Positions 19,313 to 29,038 of a DNA stretch of 64,000 nt are shown here, in pieces (the first letter of the stretch is position 1; each line of letters starts with the position of its first letter). Made by a program: the position numbers and the translations under genes. Source of the DNA: a virus (Duplodnaviria; Caudoviricetes); the IMG/VR virus record IMGVR_UViG_2518645594_000001, positions 12,431 through 76,430 of that record. The stretch is one strand, 5' to 3'. Under the pieces are notes generated by a model. The model saw nothing but the letters and a program-made list of their open reading frames with translations, was not told the origin of the DNA and made no database searches.

Positions 19313-19651
19313 TTATGGGTGAAAAGCCCGCTCGAGGGTGGCGGTCACTTTGAAACGACCACCACCCACCGGCGTAGGCTTGGGGTCTTTGCAGGTGAAT
19401 AAGCCAAGATCCCCGAGCGGCGTGGTCCACAGAAAAGCCTTAGCCCCGCCGTGCCTGTCGAAAAACTGCATGACTTTGCGTACTTGGGCCTTCGTGCCGG
19501 TGACAGTGATGGGGTAGCTGTCTTCCATGTTGTTGGGCCCGTCACCGACCACCTGCCGGTACCCGCCCCCAAACCGGGATTCGCGAGTGCGGTAGCTGAT
19601 CTCCGGCGTTTCCCCACGCTGGGTTGGCCAGCTGAATTTCTCGATGGCCAT
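19313..19651 (-). CDS. Minor tail protein M
   Basis: FGGGYRQ...DGPN, FFDRHGGAKAFLWTTP. Confidence 0.9.
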   Translation of the reverse strand: MAIEKFSWPTQRGETPEISYRTRESRFGGGYRQVVGDGPNNMEDSYPITVTGTKAQVRKVMQFFDRHGGAKAFLWTTPLGDLGLFTCKDPKPTPVGGGRFKVTATLERAFHP

Positions 19652-22600
19652 CAGCGCCTCCCGGTAGTGTTTCGATGGCTGACGCCACCTGGGCGCCATG
19701 AGTCAGCGACCGCTTTCTCGGCAGCCATCTGCATTTGCTTCTGCATGTTCTGCTGGAGCAGCGTTTGGTCGAGCTGCATGCCCTCGCTGCTTCTGTCCTC
19801 CATGACCAGGCTCACAGGGGCGGATAGAGTAATGGAGGTAGCTCCACCGCCTACCGCTCTTACCCCGAGCTGACCACCTGAGGTCCTGGTCAAAGGCATG
19901 ACGGCCTCGTCGCCTGCCTCTCCCATCACGCCCATCCTGCCGCCAGCCATGCCGAACGCCGTGGGTGTACTCACAATCGAGTTGGTGAACGCGCCGCCAT
20001 TTGCAAACAGCTGCACGCCATTCGACCAGGCGCCGCCAAGAGCTTGAGGGAAGTAGGTGCTCCTGTAGCCTGCCTGCGACGCACCGAGGTTCGAGGAAAC
20101 AGCGCCCGCTGAGCCGGCCTCCATGCCGTTGCCCCCACCGCCGCCAAAATAGGCGGAGGCCGCAGTGGCGCCCCAGCTCACCAGACTGCCAAGCAGCCCA
20201 GAGGCAGCGCGCTGCGTCTCGATCCGGACCATGTCAGCCAGGATCGACTTGGTGAAGTCCGCGAACGAGAACTTGCCAGTCATGGCAAAATTCACAACCG
20301 CATCCTCCATCGAGCTGAATGCGTTGGTGAACAAGGATCGTGTCTGCCCGGCGACATCTCGGGCCTGCTCCAGGTAGTTCTGGAAGGCAGAGGACGCCCC
20401 CTTGCGCCAGTCGCCCTGCGCGGCCGTCATCTGGTCGTAGTTGGCGATGGTGGTTTCCTGTAAGTCCTTCTCGGTTTTGTTCAGAGCCGCCAGCTTCTGG
20501 TTGTACTCATCAAGGCTCATGCCGCGGGAGCCGTCGCCGTACTGGTTGGCCAGGTCCAGGCGCTGTTGGTTGATGCGATCAGTGATTCCGTACTGCTGAT
20601 CCTGCAAGCCGCGCTGACGATCACCCAGTCCAAGCCCGTCTGCGGAGCGCTGCCCCTGCAGCCTAAGCGCTGTGACCTGCTGGCCGAGCGCATCCGTGTA
20701 GGTCTGCACTGCCCTAGCCTGTTTAGCCAGCCGGCCCTGCTCGTTGGTGGCAAGCACCGACAGTTCGGTATCGGCATCCTTCTGCGCCTTGAGCATTGCA
20801 GCGCGGGCACCGGCGATCTTCTGGTCAAGCTGGATTCGCTGCTGCGCGCTGGTGCTTGCCCGCCCTCTAGCCGCCTCCAAGGCTTTGATCTCAGCCTCGT
20901 AGGCGTTGGTGACCTCTGCCTTCTGCTGCTCGATGATTGCAGCGCGCTGGGCGGCGTACGACTCCTGAGAGATCAGGCCGGCCTTCTGCGCCGCATCAAG
21001 CTCCCTCTGGTGGTTCTTGTATTCAGCCAGGATGGCGCTCAGCGCATTCTTCTGGTCGTTGAACTCGGAGAGATCTACCGACCCTGTTCGTCCAGCTGGA
21101 TCCTTGAATTGCTTGGCGATGTCGCCCTGCACCCGGGCAATGTTCTCGGGCCTCAGGCGCTCATCATTCGGATTGACCTTGCGGATGGCTTCAAGGGACT
21201 TGTTGTAGTCCTTCAGCGCATCGGCTCGCTTTTCGGCGTTCGTCCTGGCGGATTTCTCCAAAGCATCGATCTTGCCAATCGCGACAACAGCTGCCTGTTG
21301 CTGCTGGGAGTCCAGAGCGCGGGCGCTGGCGATCGCCGCTAGCGTGTCCCGCTGCTGAATCAGGCCCTTCAGCTCAAGATTCGCGTTGGTCAGCTTCTTC
21401 TGAGCATCGCTGTCATCCTTGTCGGCATTCACAGCGCTCTGGGCTGCAGCCACCTGCTGCTGTAAATCGACGATGCGGCTTGCGATATCCTGGTCCCGGC
21501 CAATGTTCTTGACCGAATCAACCGTTGCAGCAACCTCGCCACGCAACGCCTTCCAGCCGCGTTCCCAGATCGAAAGGTTCTCAGTGACCTCCTTGCTGCG
21601 ATTCTTGATGGTATCGACGTAGGTGTCGGTGAGCAGTTTGGCGGCTCCGATGGTGTCGCCCTGCTCTTTCAACGCAACAATCTGCGAATAAGTCGAGGCA
21701 GTCAGGAAGCTGTATTGCTCGTTCAGGTCCTTGGCCGCTGCGACCGGGTCCTTTCCGATCTTCACAAACTCGGCGACGGTCTCCTCCACTGCGCGGCCCG
21801 TAGCATCCCGCCACTCAAGCGCAGCCTCGGTGATCTCGACGAAGCTGTTGGCGGCAACCTTCCCACTACCAGCCAGTTGGGTGAGAACTTCCGCAGCGGC
21901 GCCGGTGGTACCCACCGTGGCCGATACCTGAGCAGCCATTCCTGATAACCGGTCAGCAGTAGTGCCCGCGGCGTTGCCGGTGGTGATCAAGGCCTTTTGA
22001 AAGCCAACGGCTTCCTCGCTGCCTTTGTAGTACGCATAACCCAGAACGCCAACAGCAGCTGCGGCGACAGTGAAGGGGTTCACCAGGCCAAGCACGTATC
22101 CGCCGAGGGCCTTGATGGCCGGCCCGACGCCACCAAACATGTCTTTCAACTGCCCGCCCTGCTGGAGCAAGACGGTGAGCGGCGCCTGACCGCCTTGCAG
22201 GGAGACGACGATGTCAGTGAACTGCGCTGGGACCCCGCGAAGCGCGGCGGCGGTTGCCTTGGCTGACATGCCGGTCTTGTTCAGCGCTGTATCTGCGCCT
22301 CCCAAAGCCGTGCGCGCTTGATCGATCTTTGACTGGTACTCGCCGAAGGTTTCAGCATCCAGTGCACCGCTCGCACTGAAGCTCTTCAGCCTCTGTTCCA
22401 TCTGGTCCAGACGGCCCAGCGCAGCGACGGTCGGGTCGATCTTGCCCAGCAGCTCTTCCAGCGCCTGGCCTTCTTCCCGATGCGCGCCGGCTGCCCTCCT
22501 CGCCGCCTCAGCCTGACGCTCTTCGGTTGCGATAAGGGCCTGAGCTCGACTGTTGATGGCCGCCTGACGGCTGGCGCTATCTGAGAGCACGGCGTTCGCC

Positions 22601-23106
22601 TGGGCGGTGACCTCCGCGCTCTGTTCAGTGGCCCGATTGAGCGTCTGAACATACTGGCTAGCCTCCAAAGAGGCTTTAGCCACGGCCAGAATCCTGGCCT
22701 GTTGCTCGTCAGCGGACTCAGCGGCACGACGCCCAGCCTGGGCACCGGCATCCGTGGCATTAGTCAGCGCCTGCTGGACTTGCCCAGCTTGCGCGGCCTC
22801 AGCCCGGAAGGAGCCCATGTTCGCTGCAGCGCTGCTGAATGCCGTGGATGCGCTGGTAACGGCGCGGCCCACGGTGGCCATCTGCTGCGCGAGTTCGGCC
22901 TGCTTAGCGTTGAGCGATTGCAGCTCCTGCACGATCTGCCGGGTGTCACCCTGCAGGCTGCCCAGCGCAGTCTCCCAGGCACGCCCGGTTCGGCCAGCCG
23001 ATTCCTCGCTGCGCTTGCCGGCGTCCGTCAGTTGGTCGAGGTTATCCTTGGCCTCAACAGCATCACCGGAATCGATCTGAAGACCGAGGGAGGCAATGGT
23101 GGTCAT
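19651..23106 (-). CDS. Tail tape measure protein (lambda H-like)
   Basis: 1151 aa Ala-rich; PAQFTDIVVSLQGGQ..LQQGGQLKDMFGG; MGEAGDEAVMPL. Confidence 0.93.
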   Translation of the reverse strand: MTTIASLGLQIDSGDAVEAKDNLDQLTDAGKRSEESAGRTGRAWETALGSLQGDTRQIVQELQSLNAKQAELAQQMATVGRAVTSASTAFSSAAANMGSFRAEAAQAGQVQQALTNATDAGAQAGRRAAESADEQQARILAVAKASLEASQYVQTLNRATEQSAEVTAQANAVLSDSASRQAAINSRAQALIATEERQAEAARRAAGAHREEGQALEELLGKIDPTVAALGRLDQMEQRLKSFSASGALDAETFGEYQSKIDQARTALGGADTALNKTGMSAKATAAALRGVPAQFTDIVVSLQGGQAPLTVLLQQGGQLKDMFGGVGPAIKALGGYVLGLVNPFTVAAAAVGVLGYAYYKGSEEAVGFQKALITTGNAAGTTADRLSGMAAQVSATVGTTGAAAEVLTQLAGSGKVAANSFVEITEAALEWRDATGRAVEETVAEFVKIGKDPVAAAKDLNEQYSFLTASTYSQIVALKEQGDTIGAAKLLTDTYVDTIKNRSKEVTENLSIWERGWKALRGEVAATVDSVKNIGRDQDIASRIVDLQQQVAAAQSAVNADKDDSDAQKKLTNANLELKGLIQQRDTLAAIASARALDSQQQQAAVVAIGKIDALEKSARTNAEKRADALKDYNKSLEAIRKVNPNDERLRPENIARVQGDIAKQFKDPAGRTGSVDLSEFNDQKNALSAILAEYKNHQRELDAAQKAGLISQESYAAQRAAIIEQQKAEVTNAYEAEIKALEAARGRASTSAQQRIQLDQKIAGARAAMLKAQKDADTELSVLATNEQGRLAKQARAVQTYTDALGQQVTALRLQGQRSADGLGLGDRQRGLQDQQYGITDRINQQRLDLANQYGDGSRGMSLDEYNQKLAALNKTEKDLQETTIANYDQMTAAQGDWRKGASSAFQNYLEQARDVAGQTRSLFTNAFSSMEDAVVNFAMTGKFSFADFTKSILADMVRIETQRAASGLLGSLVSWGATAASAYFGGGGGNGMEAGSAGAVSSNLGASQAGYRSTYFPQALGGAWSNGVQLFANGGAFTNSIVSTPTAFGMAGGRMGVMGEAGDEAVMPLTRTSGGQLGVRAVGGGATSITLSAPVSLVMEDRSSEGMQLDQTLLQQNMQKQMQMAAEKAVADSWRPGGVSHRNTTGRR

Positions 23107-23109
23107 GAT

Positions 23110-23433
23110 CTACTCCATGGATTCGGCCATGACGGCCAGGGCCTCGACTTCCATCACGCGGAGATCGGGAAAAATATCGGGAAGGTCGCGGCTTTTGATG
23201 CCGAGCATGGTGGCTGTGGTGGGGATAGCGGTGTAATCCAGCCCGGACGGGCCGCCCGGGCCAACCCGCCACTGCGTACCCATAGCATCGAACAGGCGGA
23301 AGGCAGACCAGGCATCTGGCCAAACCTCTACTTCCTCTTCCGCAATGTCTGCCAGGGTCAGGCCGAGGGCGGCCAACTGCTCGGCAGAAGGGCCCTGCTC
23401 ATAGCACGCCCGGGCGGCCGCCCTCAGTTTCCC
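23110..23433 (-). CDS. Tail assembly chaperone T-like frame (DUF1799), translated via -1 frameshift from G
   Basis: TQWRVG...GLDY, DLRVME.EAL; open -1 frame continues from the slippery site. Confidence 0.8.
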   Translation of the reverse strand, partial: GKLRAAARACYEQGPSAEQLAALGLTLADIAEEEVEVWPDAWSAFRLFDAMGTQWRVGPGGPSGLDYTAIPTTATMLGIKSRDLPDIFPDLRVMEVEALAVMAESME

Positions 23434-23807
23434 AGGCGGGCTGGGCTGTAGGCAGCCTGGAAGGCGTCGATGACGGCCTTTGGCGCCCCTGTACAGGTAC
23501 GCACCAGATCAAGGATCGCTTTCTGGCTGAACTTGTCCTCCAGGTCCCACCCGGTGACGATTTCGCCCAATTGCTCAGCCTGCAGGGCGATCTCGCCGGC
23601 TGTCACCTCTTCCCAGGTGGCGTCTTCGGACTTGGCCTTCTCGGCCCAGGCGTCGCGCGCCTTGTTCCAGCGATCAAACATGCCAGCCAGCGCTACGCGG
23701 TCCATGTAGCGGAACTCGAACTCCACCGGCACCGACTCTCCACCGATTCGAGGCACCTGCACCTCGGCAGTAAAGGTCGGGTTCTGCGCGATTTTGATCT
23801 TCGCCAT
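23424..23807 (-). CDS. Tail assembly chaperone G
   Basis: Lies between tail tube and tape measure genes; PTF.AEV, VTGWDL, ends ARLGN. Confidence 0.85.
   Translation of the reverse strand: MAKIKIAQNPTFTAEVQVPRIGGESVPVEFEFRYMDRVALAGMFDRWNKARDAWAEKAKSEDATWEEVTAGEIALQAEQLGEIVTGWDLEDKFSQKAILDLVRTCTGAPKAVIDAFQAAYSPARLGN
23427..23433 (-). other. Programmed -1 frameshift slippery heptamer G GGA AAC
   Basis: CTG GGA AAC TGA at the end of the G gene (lambda uses GGGAAAG); the -1 frame reads KLRAAARACYEQG... into the T ORF. Confidence 0.8.
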
Positions 23808-23816
23808 GAGGTTTCC

Positions 23817-24476
23817 TTAGGCAGCAGCCAGGTAGCGAACCGGACGGCCCGAGAGCGCGATGCTGATGGTTCGGGTCATCAGGTTGTTGCGCTCCATCGT
23901 CGGAGTGGTGGTGATGCTCACGTAGCCCGGATAGAGGATCTGGTCGCCGTTGGGCAGCTTGAGGCGAACGACGGTCAGCTCTTTGCTATCGCCGTAGGCT
24001 TCAACCAGACCCACGTAGGCAGCGGCTGGCTGATCTTCGACAGTGATCGACAAGGTGATGGGATTGCGGTTGGTGGGGAACTGGCGATCGTCATCGTCCT
24101 CCAGGTACCCGACGGTGAGGTACTGCTGCTCGCCGCCGGATGAGGTGAAGGCGGTCACCTTGGAGATCTGCGCCCAGTTGCTCACCGGGATCACAGAGCC
24201 CACACCTGCGCCGGCGGTGTACTTGTCGGCGTTGGTGGTATTCAGGCCGGCCATGGAGAACTTGTCCGTGGCGACACTGGCAGCGCGGACAGCGCGGTCG
24301 TTGATCAGGGACCAACCGGAGCTGACGACCAGTACGTCGCCGTTCTTGATGTTGTGCCCTGCGGCGGTCGCCACCGGAGGTGCAGCGTTGGTCAAGGCAG
24401 TAAAGGCTACGGCAGCGGCGAGTACGCTGGCGATTTCCAGCACAGAGCCGTTCGGCAGCGGGAAGCGTGCGGCCAT
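23817..24476 (-). CDS. Major tail tube protein
   Basis: LPNGS, SGGEQQY, position in the tail operon. Confidence 0.85.
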   Translation of the reverse strand: MAARFPLPNGSVLEIASVLAAAVAFTALTNAAPPVATAAGHNIKNGDVLVVSSGWSLINDRAVRAASVATDKFSMAGLNTTNADKYTAGAGVGSVIPVSNWAQISKVTAFTSSGGEQQYLTVGYLEDDDDRQFPTNRNPITLSITVEDQPAAAYVGLVEAYGDSKELTVVRLKLPNGDQILYPGYVSITTTPTMERNNLMTRTISIALSGRPVRYLAAA

Positions 24477-24514
24477 GGGTATTTCCTCTTGAAGGTTCGC
24501 CAGGTGGCGGATGG

Positions 24515-24943
24515 TTATGCCCCTACGGGCGATTGGTCGGCGATGCCGCGGTAGGTGAAGCTGGTCGGGACCGTGTAGGTCGCCGACTCGGTGATGGTCG
24601 GGCCCTGCTCCAGTGGCTCGGTGAGCAGGCCTTCGAAGCCGCTGCGGCTTAGCTCTGTATCAACCCGGAACAGGCTGCTCAGCTCGTCGACCAGCGATTC
24701 GGCAACCCCCAGGGCCTGGCCTGCCGGGCAAACGATGCTGACCTGGTAGACGCCGGTGTATTCGTAGGCGTCGCCGCCCAGGTAGCGGCAGCTGGTGCTG
24801 GCCGGCAGCAAGTAGGCTCGAAGATAGGTCTCACCGGACTCGGCCTCGAACTCCTCCTCGAAGTTGGCAACCCGGATCGGGCGCGCGGTGGCCCAGGCCA
24901 TCAGCTTGATCTCGATGGCCTGGCGGGCTCGTGCATGGCTCAT
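24515..24943 (-). CDS. Tail terminator-like protein (DUF4128)
   Basis: YLRAYLLPA...GVYQVSIVCPAG. Confidence 0.75.
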   Translation of the reverse strand: MSHARARQAIEIKLMAWATARPIRVANFEEEFEAESGETYLRAYLLPASTSCRYLGGDAYEYTGVYQVSIVCPAGQALGVAESLVDELSSLFRVDTELSRSGFEGLLTEPLEQGPTITESATYTVPTSFTYRGIADQSPVGA

Positions 24944-25614
24944 ACCCTGTTGTTCCTGATAGCTTCGTCGACGATGCGCTGGAAGTTGGCCAGGGTGACC
25001 CTGACCATGCCGGCCGGGGCCTGGGTTGAATGCCCGTATTCCAGCGGAATCGCATACGGCAGGTTGTTCACGATGTAGGCCGTCTGGCCGATGGTCAGCG
25101 CCTGCACCTGGCTCAGCAGCGCAGCAATCGTCTCGCTGCCGGATGGGTCGATACGGTCAAGCTCATCAGTAGCGGGCGAGTCGATGGAGAACTGCCAGTT
25201 ACCCCGGAAGCGGCCACCGACGTAGCCCTGACCCGCTACCAGACCATTGGTCGCGAAGTTCTGCTCGCGCTCGGTCTTGGTCAGGGGCTTGGCGTACTTC
25301 ACGCCCCTGCGCAGCTTGCCGGCCTTAGTGAAGTTGTCTTGGTTCAGGTTGATCAAGGTGTTCCGCACCGAGACCTTGAAATCGTAGTCATCGGCGGCGC
25401 GCTTGGCCTTATCCTGATGCGCAACGTTGGCCGCCCAGACCTCCGGGTTACCTACGGGCGACATCGTGATGACGCTGATACCAATCTCAATCACAATATT
25501 TTGAAACGTCGAATCCATGGCCTGCTGAGCCTGCTCGGCGAATGCGCGGATGCTCTCGGCGAACCCTCCCTCAAGCCCGCCATAGCGCTGGGTCATGTGT
25601 GATACGCGTGGCAT
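24940..25614 (-). CDS. HK97 gp10-like tail completion protein
   Basis: SPVG, GRFRGNW, NNLPYA..LEYGHS.QAP.GMVR. Confidence 0.8.
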   Translation of the reverse strand: MPRVSHMTQRYGGLEGGFAESIRAFAEQAQQAMDSTFQNIVIEIGISVITMSPVGNPEVWAANVAHQDKAKRAADDYDFKVSVRNTLINLNQDNFTKAGKLRRGVKYAKPLTKTEREQNFATNGLVAGQGYVGGRFRGNWQFSIDSPATDELDRIDPSGSETIAALLSQVQALTIGQTAYIVNNLPYAIPLEYGHSTQAPAGMVRVTLANFQRIVDEAIRNNRV

Positions 25615-25615
25615 G

Positions 25616-26008
25616 TCACTTCCTCAGTTGCACGGTCCAGGTAGCCTTGGCTGGGTCTTCGGAGACGTTGAGCGTCCGAAACCCGCTGATCAGGTCACCG
25701 ATCTTCGGTACGGCCGGAATGGCTGTCGCGGCATCGGCCTGCCCTTCGAACAATTCGTTCTGCAGCACCAGGAGCTTCACGTCCTGGGTCTGGATACGTG
25801 AGCCGTCGATCTCCTTGGCCAGGTAGCTGCCGAACACGCCGCGCCCGATGTAATGGATGGTCGAGGCCGGGACAGTGCCGCCGATCTCGGGGTCATACCC
25901 GCCCTTGACCGTGCGGCTCCCGGCAACGGGCTTCACCGCGTCGGCAAGGCCGTCTGGATCATCGAACGCTTCCGCCAAATCGGCCTGCAGTTCTTCGCGC
26001 ATGCCCAT
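25616..26008 (-). CDS. Head closure / head-tail joining protein
   Basis: Position; YDP..G, DPAKATW.VQLR. Confidence 0.7.
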   Translation of the reverse strand: MGMREELQADLAEAFDDPDGLADAVKPVAGSRTVKGGYDPEIGGTVPASTIHYIGRGVFGSYLAKEIDGSRIQTQDVKLLVLQNELFEGQADAATAIPAVPKIGDLISGFRTLNVSEDPAKATWTVQLRK

Positions 26009-26011
26009 GGG

Positions 26012-26389
26012 TCAGATCCTCTTGAGCATTACGGTGCCAGCGCGGCGGGTCCAGGGCGCGATGAGGTCGAGGGCGAAGTTCTCACCGGTCGAGCGATCAA
26101 CAGACCCCGCAACGTAGGTCTTGCTGGTCGAGGTGCCAGCCTGGGCCGACACAGTCTTGCTCTGCACTTCGCGCTGGGTGTCCTTGTAGAGCTTCCCTGC
26201 TGCGGCCAGCTTGGCCACCTGCGCACCGGCGGACTTGATGGCGTCCGGCACCACCTCGGGCACGGCGCGCTTGATCTTGGCCGTGAGCCAGGCGTTGGCC
26301 ATGGCCACGGCAAGGACCGCATCACCGTCGCCTGCCCAGTCCGGCCCCAGCTGCTGGACCACATCGGCCTCGGTGACGAAGTCGGTCAT
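26012..26389 (-). CDS. Head-tail connector protein
   Basis: Follows the capsid genes; 125 aa. Confidence 0.65.
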   Translation of the reverse strand: MTDFVTEADVVQQLGPDWAGDGDAVLAVAMANAWLTAKIKRAVPEVVPDAIKSAGAQVAKLAAAGKLYKDTQREVQSKTVSAQAGTSTSKTYVAGSVDRSTGENFALDLIAPWTRRAGTVMLKRI

Positions 26390-26393
26390 GGCC

Positions 26394-26699
26394 TTACTCC
26401 TGCGGGATCAGCGCTTGCAGGTCGGGCTTCTTCGCGCTGGCGTCGAACTCGATACCCTTCGCGGCGAGCCATTCCTTCAGCTCAGGCACGTTCATCTTGT
26501 GCGGGTCTGTTTCAGACTGGTCGCCCCCGGATTGCTCGCCGACCTTGATGCCGGCAGCCTCGTAGGCCTCAACGATGTCGGGTGCCTCGCCTTCGACCAC
26601 AACCTGGGTTGCGCCGTCGATGACCCCGAAGAACTGGCTCAGGAGTCGGTAACAAACGCCGCGCTCGCGGCCTGGCTTGTCGGTGTAGATGACTTTCAT
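26394..26699 (-). CDS. HeH/LEM-domain head protein
   Basis: C-terminal MNVPELKEWL..KGI.F...AKKPDL. Confidence 0.75.
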   Translation of the reverse strand: MKVIYTDKPGRERGVCYRLLSQFFGVIDGATQVVVEGEAPDIVEAYEAAGIKVGEQSGGDQSETDPHKMNVPELKEWLAAKGIEFDASAKKPDLQALIPQE

Positions 26700-26745
26700 G
26701 GTGGTCTCCTGCGCAGGGCGCCAGGTCAGCGCCCCGCATGACGGA

Positions 26746-27723
26746 TCAAGGGGTGGCGGTGCCGCTGATGACGGCGGCGAAAGGTACCTGCTTGCGGTCG
26801 AAGACGCGCTCCCAGTTCCCAGCGCTGGCGTACTGGGTGGCATTCGGGCTCAGGTTCAGGTTGTTGCTGCCTTTCCAGCTGAAACCGGCGGGTTGCAGGA
26901 TGAAGGTCTTGCGCTCCCACAGAACCTCGGCGCCACCGCCGTTACCGCCGTCAGGCTTGCGCTGCATCTCGACAGGGGTGTGAGGGGTGCCTTCGCCGTA
27001 GCCGAATGCGCCTTGACCGAAGAAGACTGACAGGAACTGGCCGGACGCGTAGGTCAGGCTGTCGTCCATGAATACCGGCTTGCCGAGGTATGTAGCCAGG
27101 ATGATTTTGCCAGTGGAGTCGCGCAGGTACTCGATCAGGTCCTGCTTGACCATCTGGTTCATGACGACCGAGTGCACGCCGATCGCGCCGAACATATCTG
27201 CCGCGTCGCCTGCGGTGAAGGCCGCATCCTGGAACGCGGAGGCGCTGATGCTGGCACCGGCGTCCTTGACCATGTCACCACCGTTGTTGGCGATGTTCGA
27301 GGCGATGATGCCTCGCGCGGCGCCCAGCAGGTACCGCTGCCACTGACGGGTCCAGTACGTGCCGAAGCGGTTGCGGATGTGCTGCATCGGCTCGCTGTTG
27401 GCCAGCTCGGCCGTGAGGTCAGCGACACCGTAGCCCTTGTTGAGGTACAGCGTGCGGGCACGCATGCTGCCCTGCTCGGCCTTGCCGACCTCGCCCAGGT
27501 CATCCGGATTGTCGTTTGAAATGTTTGGCGCCTCGTCGGCATCGAGATCCTGCCAGTAGCTGATCTCGGAGGTGCCTTGGCCGTTGTTGGCGATGTTGTC
27601 CAGCGTCGGCGAGCGGGTCACGATGCCCGATTCGAAGACGGCGGTTTTTTCGGGGGTGTTGACCGGCGCCAACGCGCCGTAGTAGTCGCGGACGAAAATG
27701 TCCGACAGCTGGGTAGTTGCCAT
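26746..27723 (-). CDS. Major capsid protein
   Basis: 325 aa after the scaffold, strongly biased codons, NWERVFDRK C-terminus. Confidence 0.88.
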   Translation of the reverse strand: MATTQLSDIFVRDYYGALAPVNTPEKTAVFESGIVTRSPTLDNIANNGQGTSEISYWQDLDADEAPNISNDNPDDLGEVGKAEQGSMRARTLYLNKGYGVADLTAELANSEPMQHIRNRFGTYWTRQWQRYLLGAARGIIASNIANNGGDMVKDAGASISASAFQDAAFTAGDAADMFGAIGVHSVVMNQMVKQDLIEYLRDSTGKIILATYLGKPVFMDDSLTYASGQFLSVFFGQGAFGYGEGTPHTPVEMQRKPDGGNGGGAEVLWERKTFILQPAGFSWKGSNNLNLSPNATQYASAGNWERVFDRKQVPFAAVISGTATP

Positions 27724-27726
27724 GGA

Positions 27727-28500
27727 TTAGGTTCCTTGGGTGGCTTGGAGTCGCTTGAACGCTTCAGGGTTGTCTCGAGCCAGCGCGGCGCGCTCTTGCT
27801 CGGAGTACTCGCCCCATTTCTTCGTGGCCTTGCCACCGTTGTCGCCGGTCTGCCCGGCACCCTGAGCCCTTGGCCACAGGTGGGTAGCGGTTTCGCGCAG
27901 CGATTCCGCCCATTCGAGGGGAGACAGTGGGGTCTTGCCGTCCTTCCCGTACACGACTTCGCCGGCACGATCAGTGGCAACGGGCTCGCCGTCTTCGCTC
28001 AGTTTGAAGGTGCCACGGGCGCGGAGGATGATGTCCTCGGCAGCCTCGGGCAGCGCGCCAGCCTTGATGGCAGCAGCGCGGATGGAGTCAGCCAGCACCT
28101 TGTCGCTGTACTTGGCAGCGAAGGCCTCGGCCTTGTCGGCACGCTCGTTGGCAGCCTTGACCTGCTTGTCCAGGTCGGTGCGCAGGCGCTCGGTGCGGCG
28201 GCTGATGACCTCGTCCAGCTTGCCCTCGGCAATCAGCTTGGTTTCTTCGTCCTGGCCGGCCTTGGCCAGCAGGCCTTTGACGGCTTCAATGTCCAAGCCT
28301 TCGAACTTGCCCTTGAGGCCGTCCAGTTCGGTCTTGATGGTCTTGTTGGAGTCGATCAACTCCCGATTCTTGGACTTGAGGCCCGAGACCTCCACGTCCA
28401 GGAATTTCTGTACCTCTCCGCCGAGCGCCGCCTTCAGCGCGGCAGTTTGGGTTTCGTCGAGGGTCAGGCCGTGGGCGGCCGGGTCGAAGTCAAAAGGCAT
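27727..28500 (-). CDS. Capsid scaffolding protein
   Basis: Coiled coil, GLKSKN.EL, HLWP...GAG. Confidence 0.8.
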   Translation of the reverse strand: MPFDFDPAAHGLTLDETQTAALKAALGGEVQKFLDVEVSGLKSKNRELIDSNKTIKTELDGLKGKFEGLDIEAVKGLLAKAGQDEETKLIAEGKLDEVISRRTERLRTDLDKQVKAANERADKAEAFAAKYSDKVLADSIRAAAIKAGALPEAAEDIILRARGTFKLSEDGEPVATDRAGEVVYGKDGKTPLSPLEWAESLRETATHLWPRAQGAGQTGDNGGKATKKWGEYSEQERAALARDNPEAFKRLQATQGT

Positions 28501-28591
28501 GTGGCTATCCCCTTGGGACTGGTTGGCCCGCCTTGCGGGCATAAAAAAACCCCGGCATTGCCGAGGTTGCTTGAGTTAGGGGTTAGGTCTG

Positions 28592-28942
28592 CTAGAGATG
28601 TATTCCATGCCTAGCCAGATAATCCAAAATTGGAGTGAGCCTAGTCGGCCCCATACCCTTCAGGGCCCTTAGTTGCTTCTTGCTCATCACTCGCAATTGG
28701 CCGAAAGTTCGAACATCGTTGTTCGCAAGCGAGTTGTAGGAAAGTCCGAGATTTGCGTGATAGAGATCAAAATCGTCTGGGGGTTGAGAATGGGACATAG
28801 ATTCGGCCTGCTGCACAAGAGCATTCTTGAGCTCGTTGGCCGCAGCCAGAGACTGGCATTCGACGACCGTCTTGATAGTCTTCCCATCGTAACGGGTAAT
28901 GATGTACCGGGTGACCTCCCGGACTTGGAACTCTGGCTGCAT
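28592..28942 (-). CDS. Moron with a C-terminal RNA polymerase alpha-CTD-like (HhH) domain
   Basis: SYNSLANNDVRTFGQL...QLRALKGMGPTRLTPILDYLARHGI resembles the alpha-CTD; own promoter and terminator. Confidence 0.7.
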   Translation of the reverse strand: MQPEFQVREVTRYIITRYDGKTIKTVVECQSLAAANELKNALVQQAESMSHSQPPDDFDLYHANLGLSYNSLANNDVRTFGQLRVMSKKQLRALKGMGPTRLTPILDYLARHGIHL

Positions 28943-28989
28943 AATCTATCTCCGGCCTGCGCACAGGCTGAGTTAAGGGCATTTTAAGG

Positions 28990-29025
28990 GCCTCGGATAT
29001 TAACCGAGGCGTCATTTGCCTTCAA
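28990..29025 (-). promoter_or_regulatory. Sigma70-like promoter TTGAAG-N17-TAATAT with a palindrome over the -10
   Basis: -35 at 29020-29025, -10 at 28997-29002; GCCTCGG-N7-CCGAGGC at 28990-29010. Confidence 0.6.
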
Positions 29026-29038
29026 CGCTGCGCAATTC

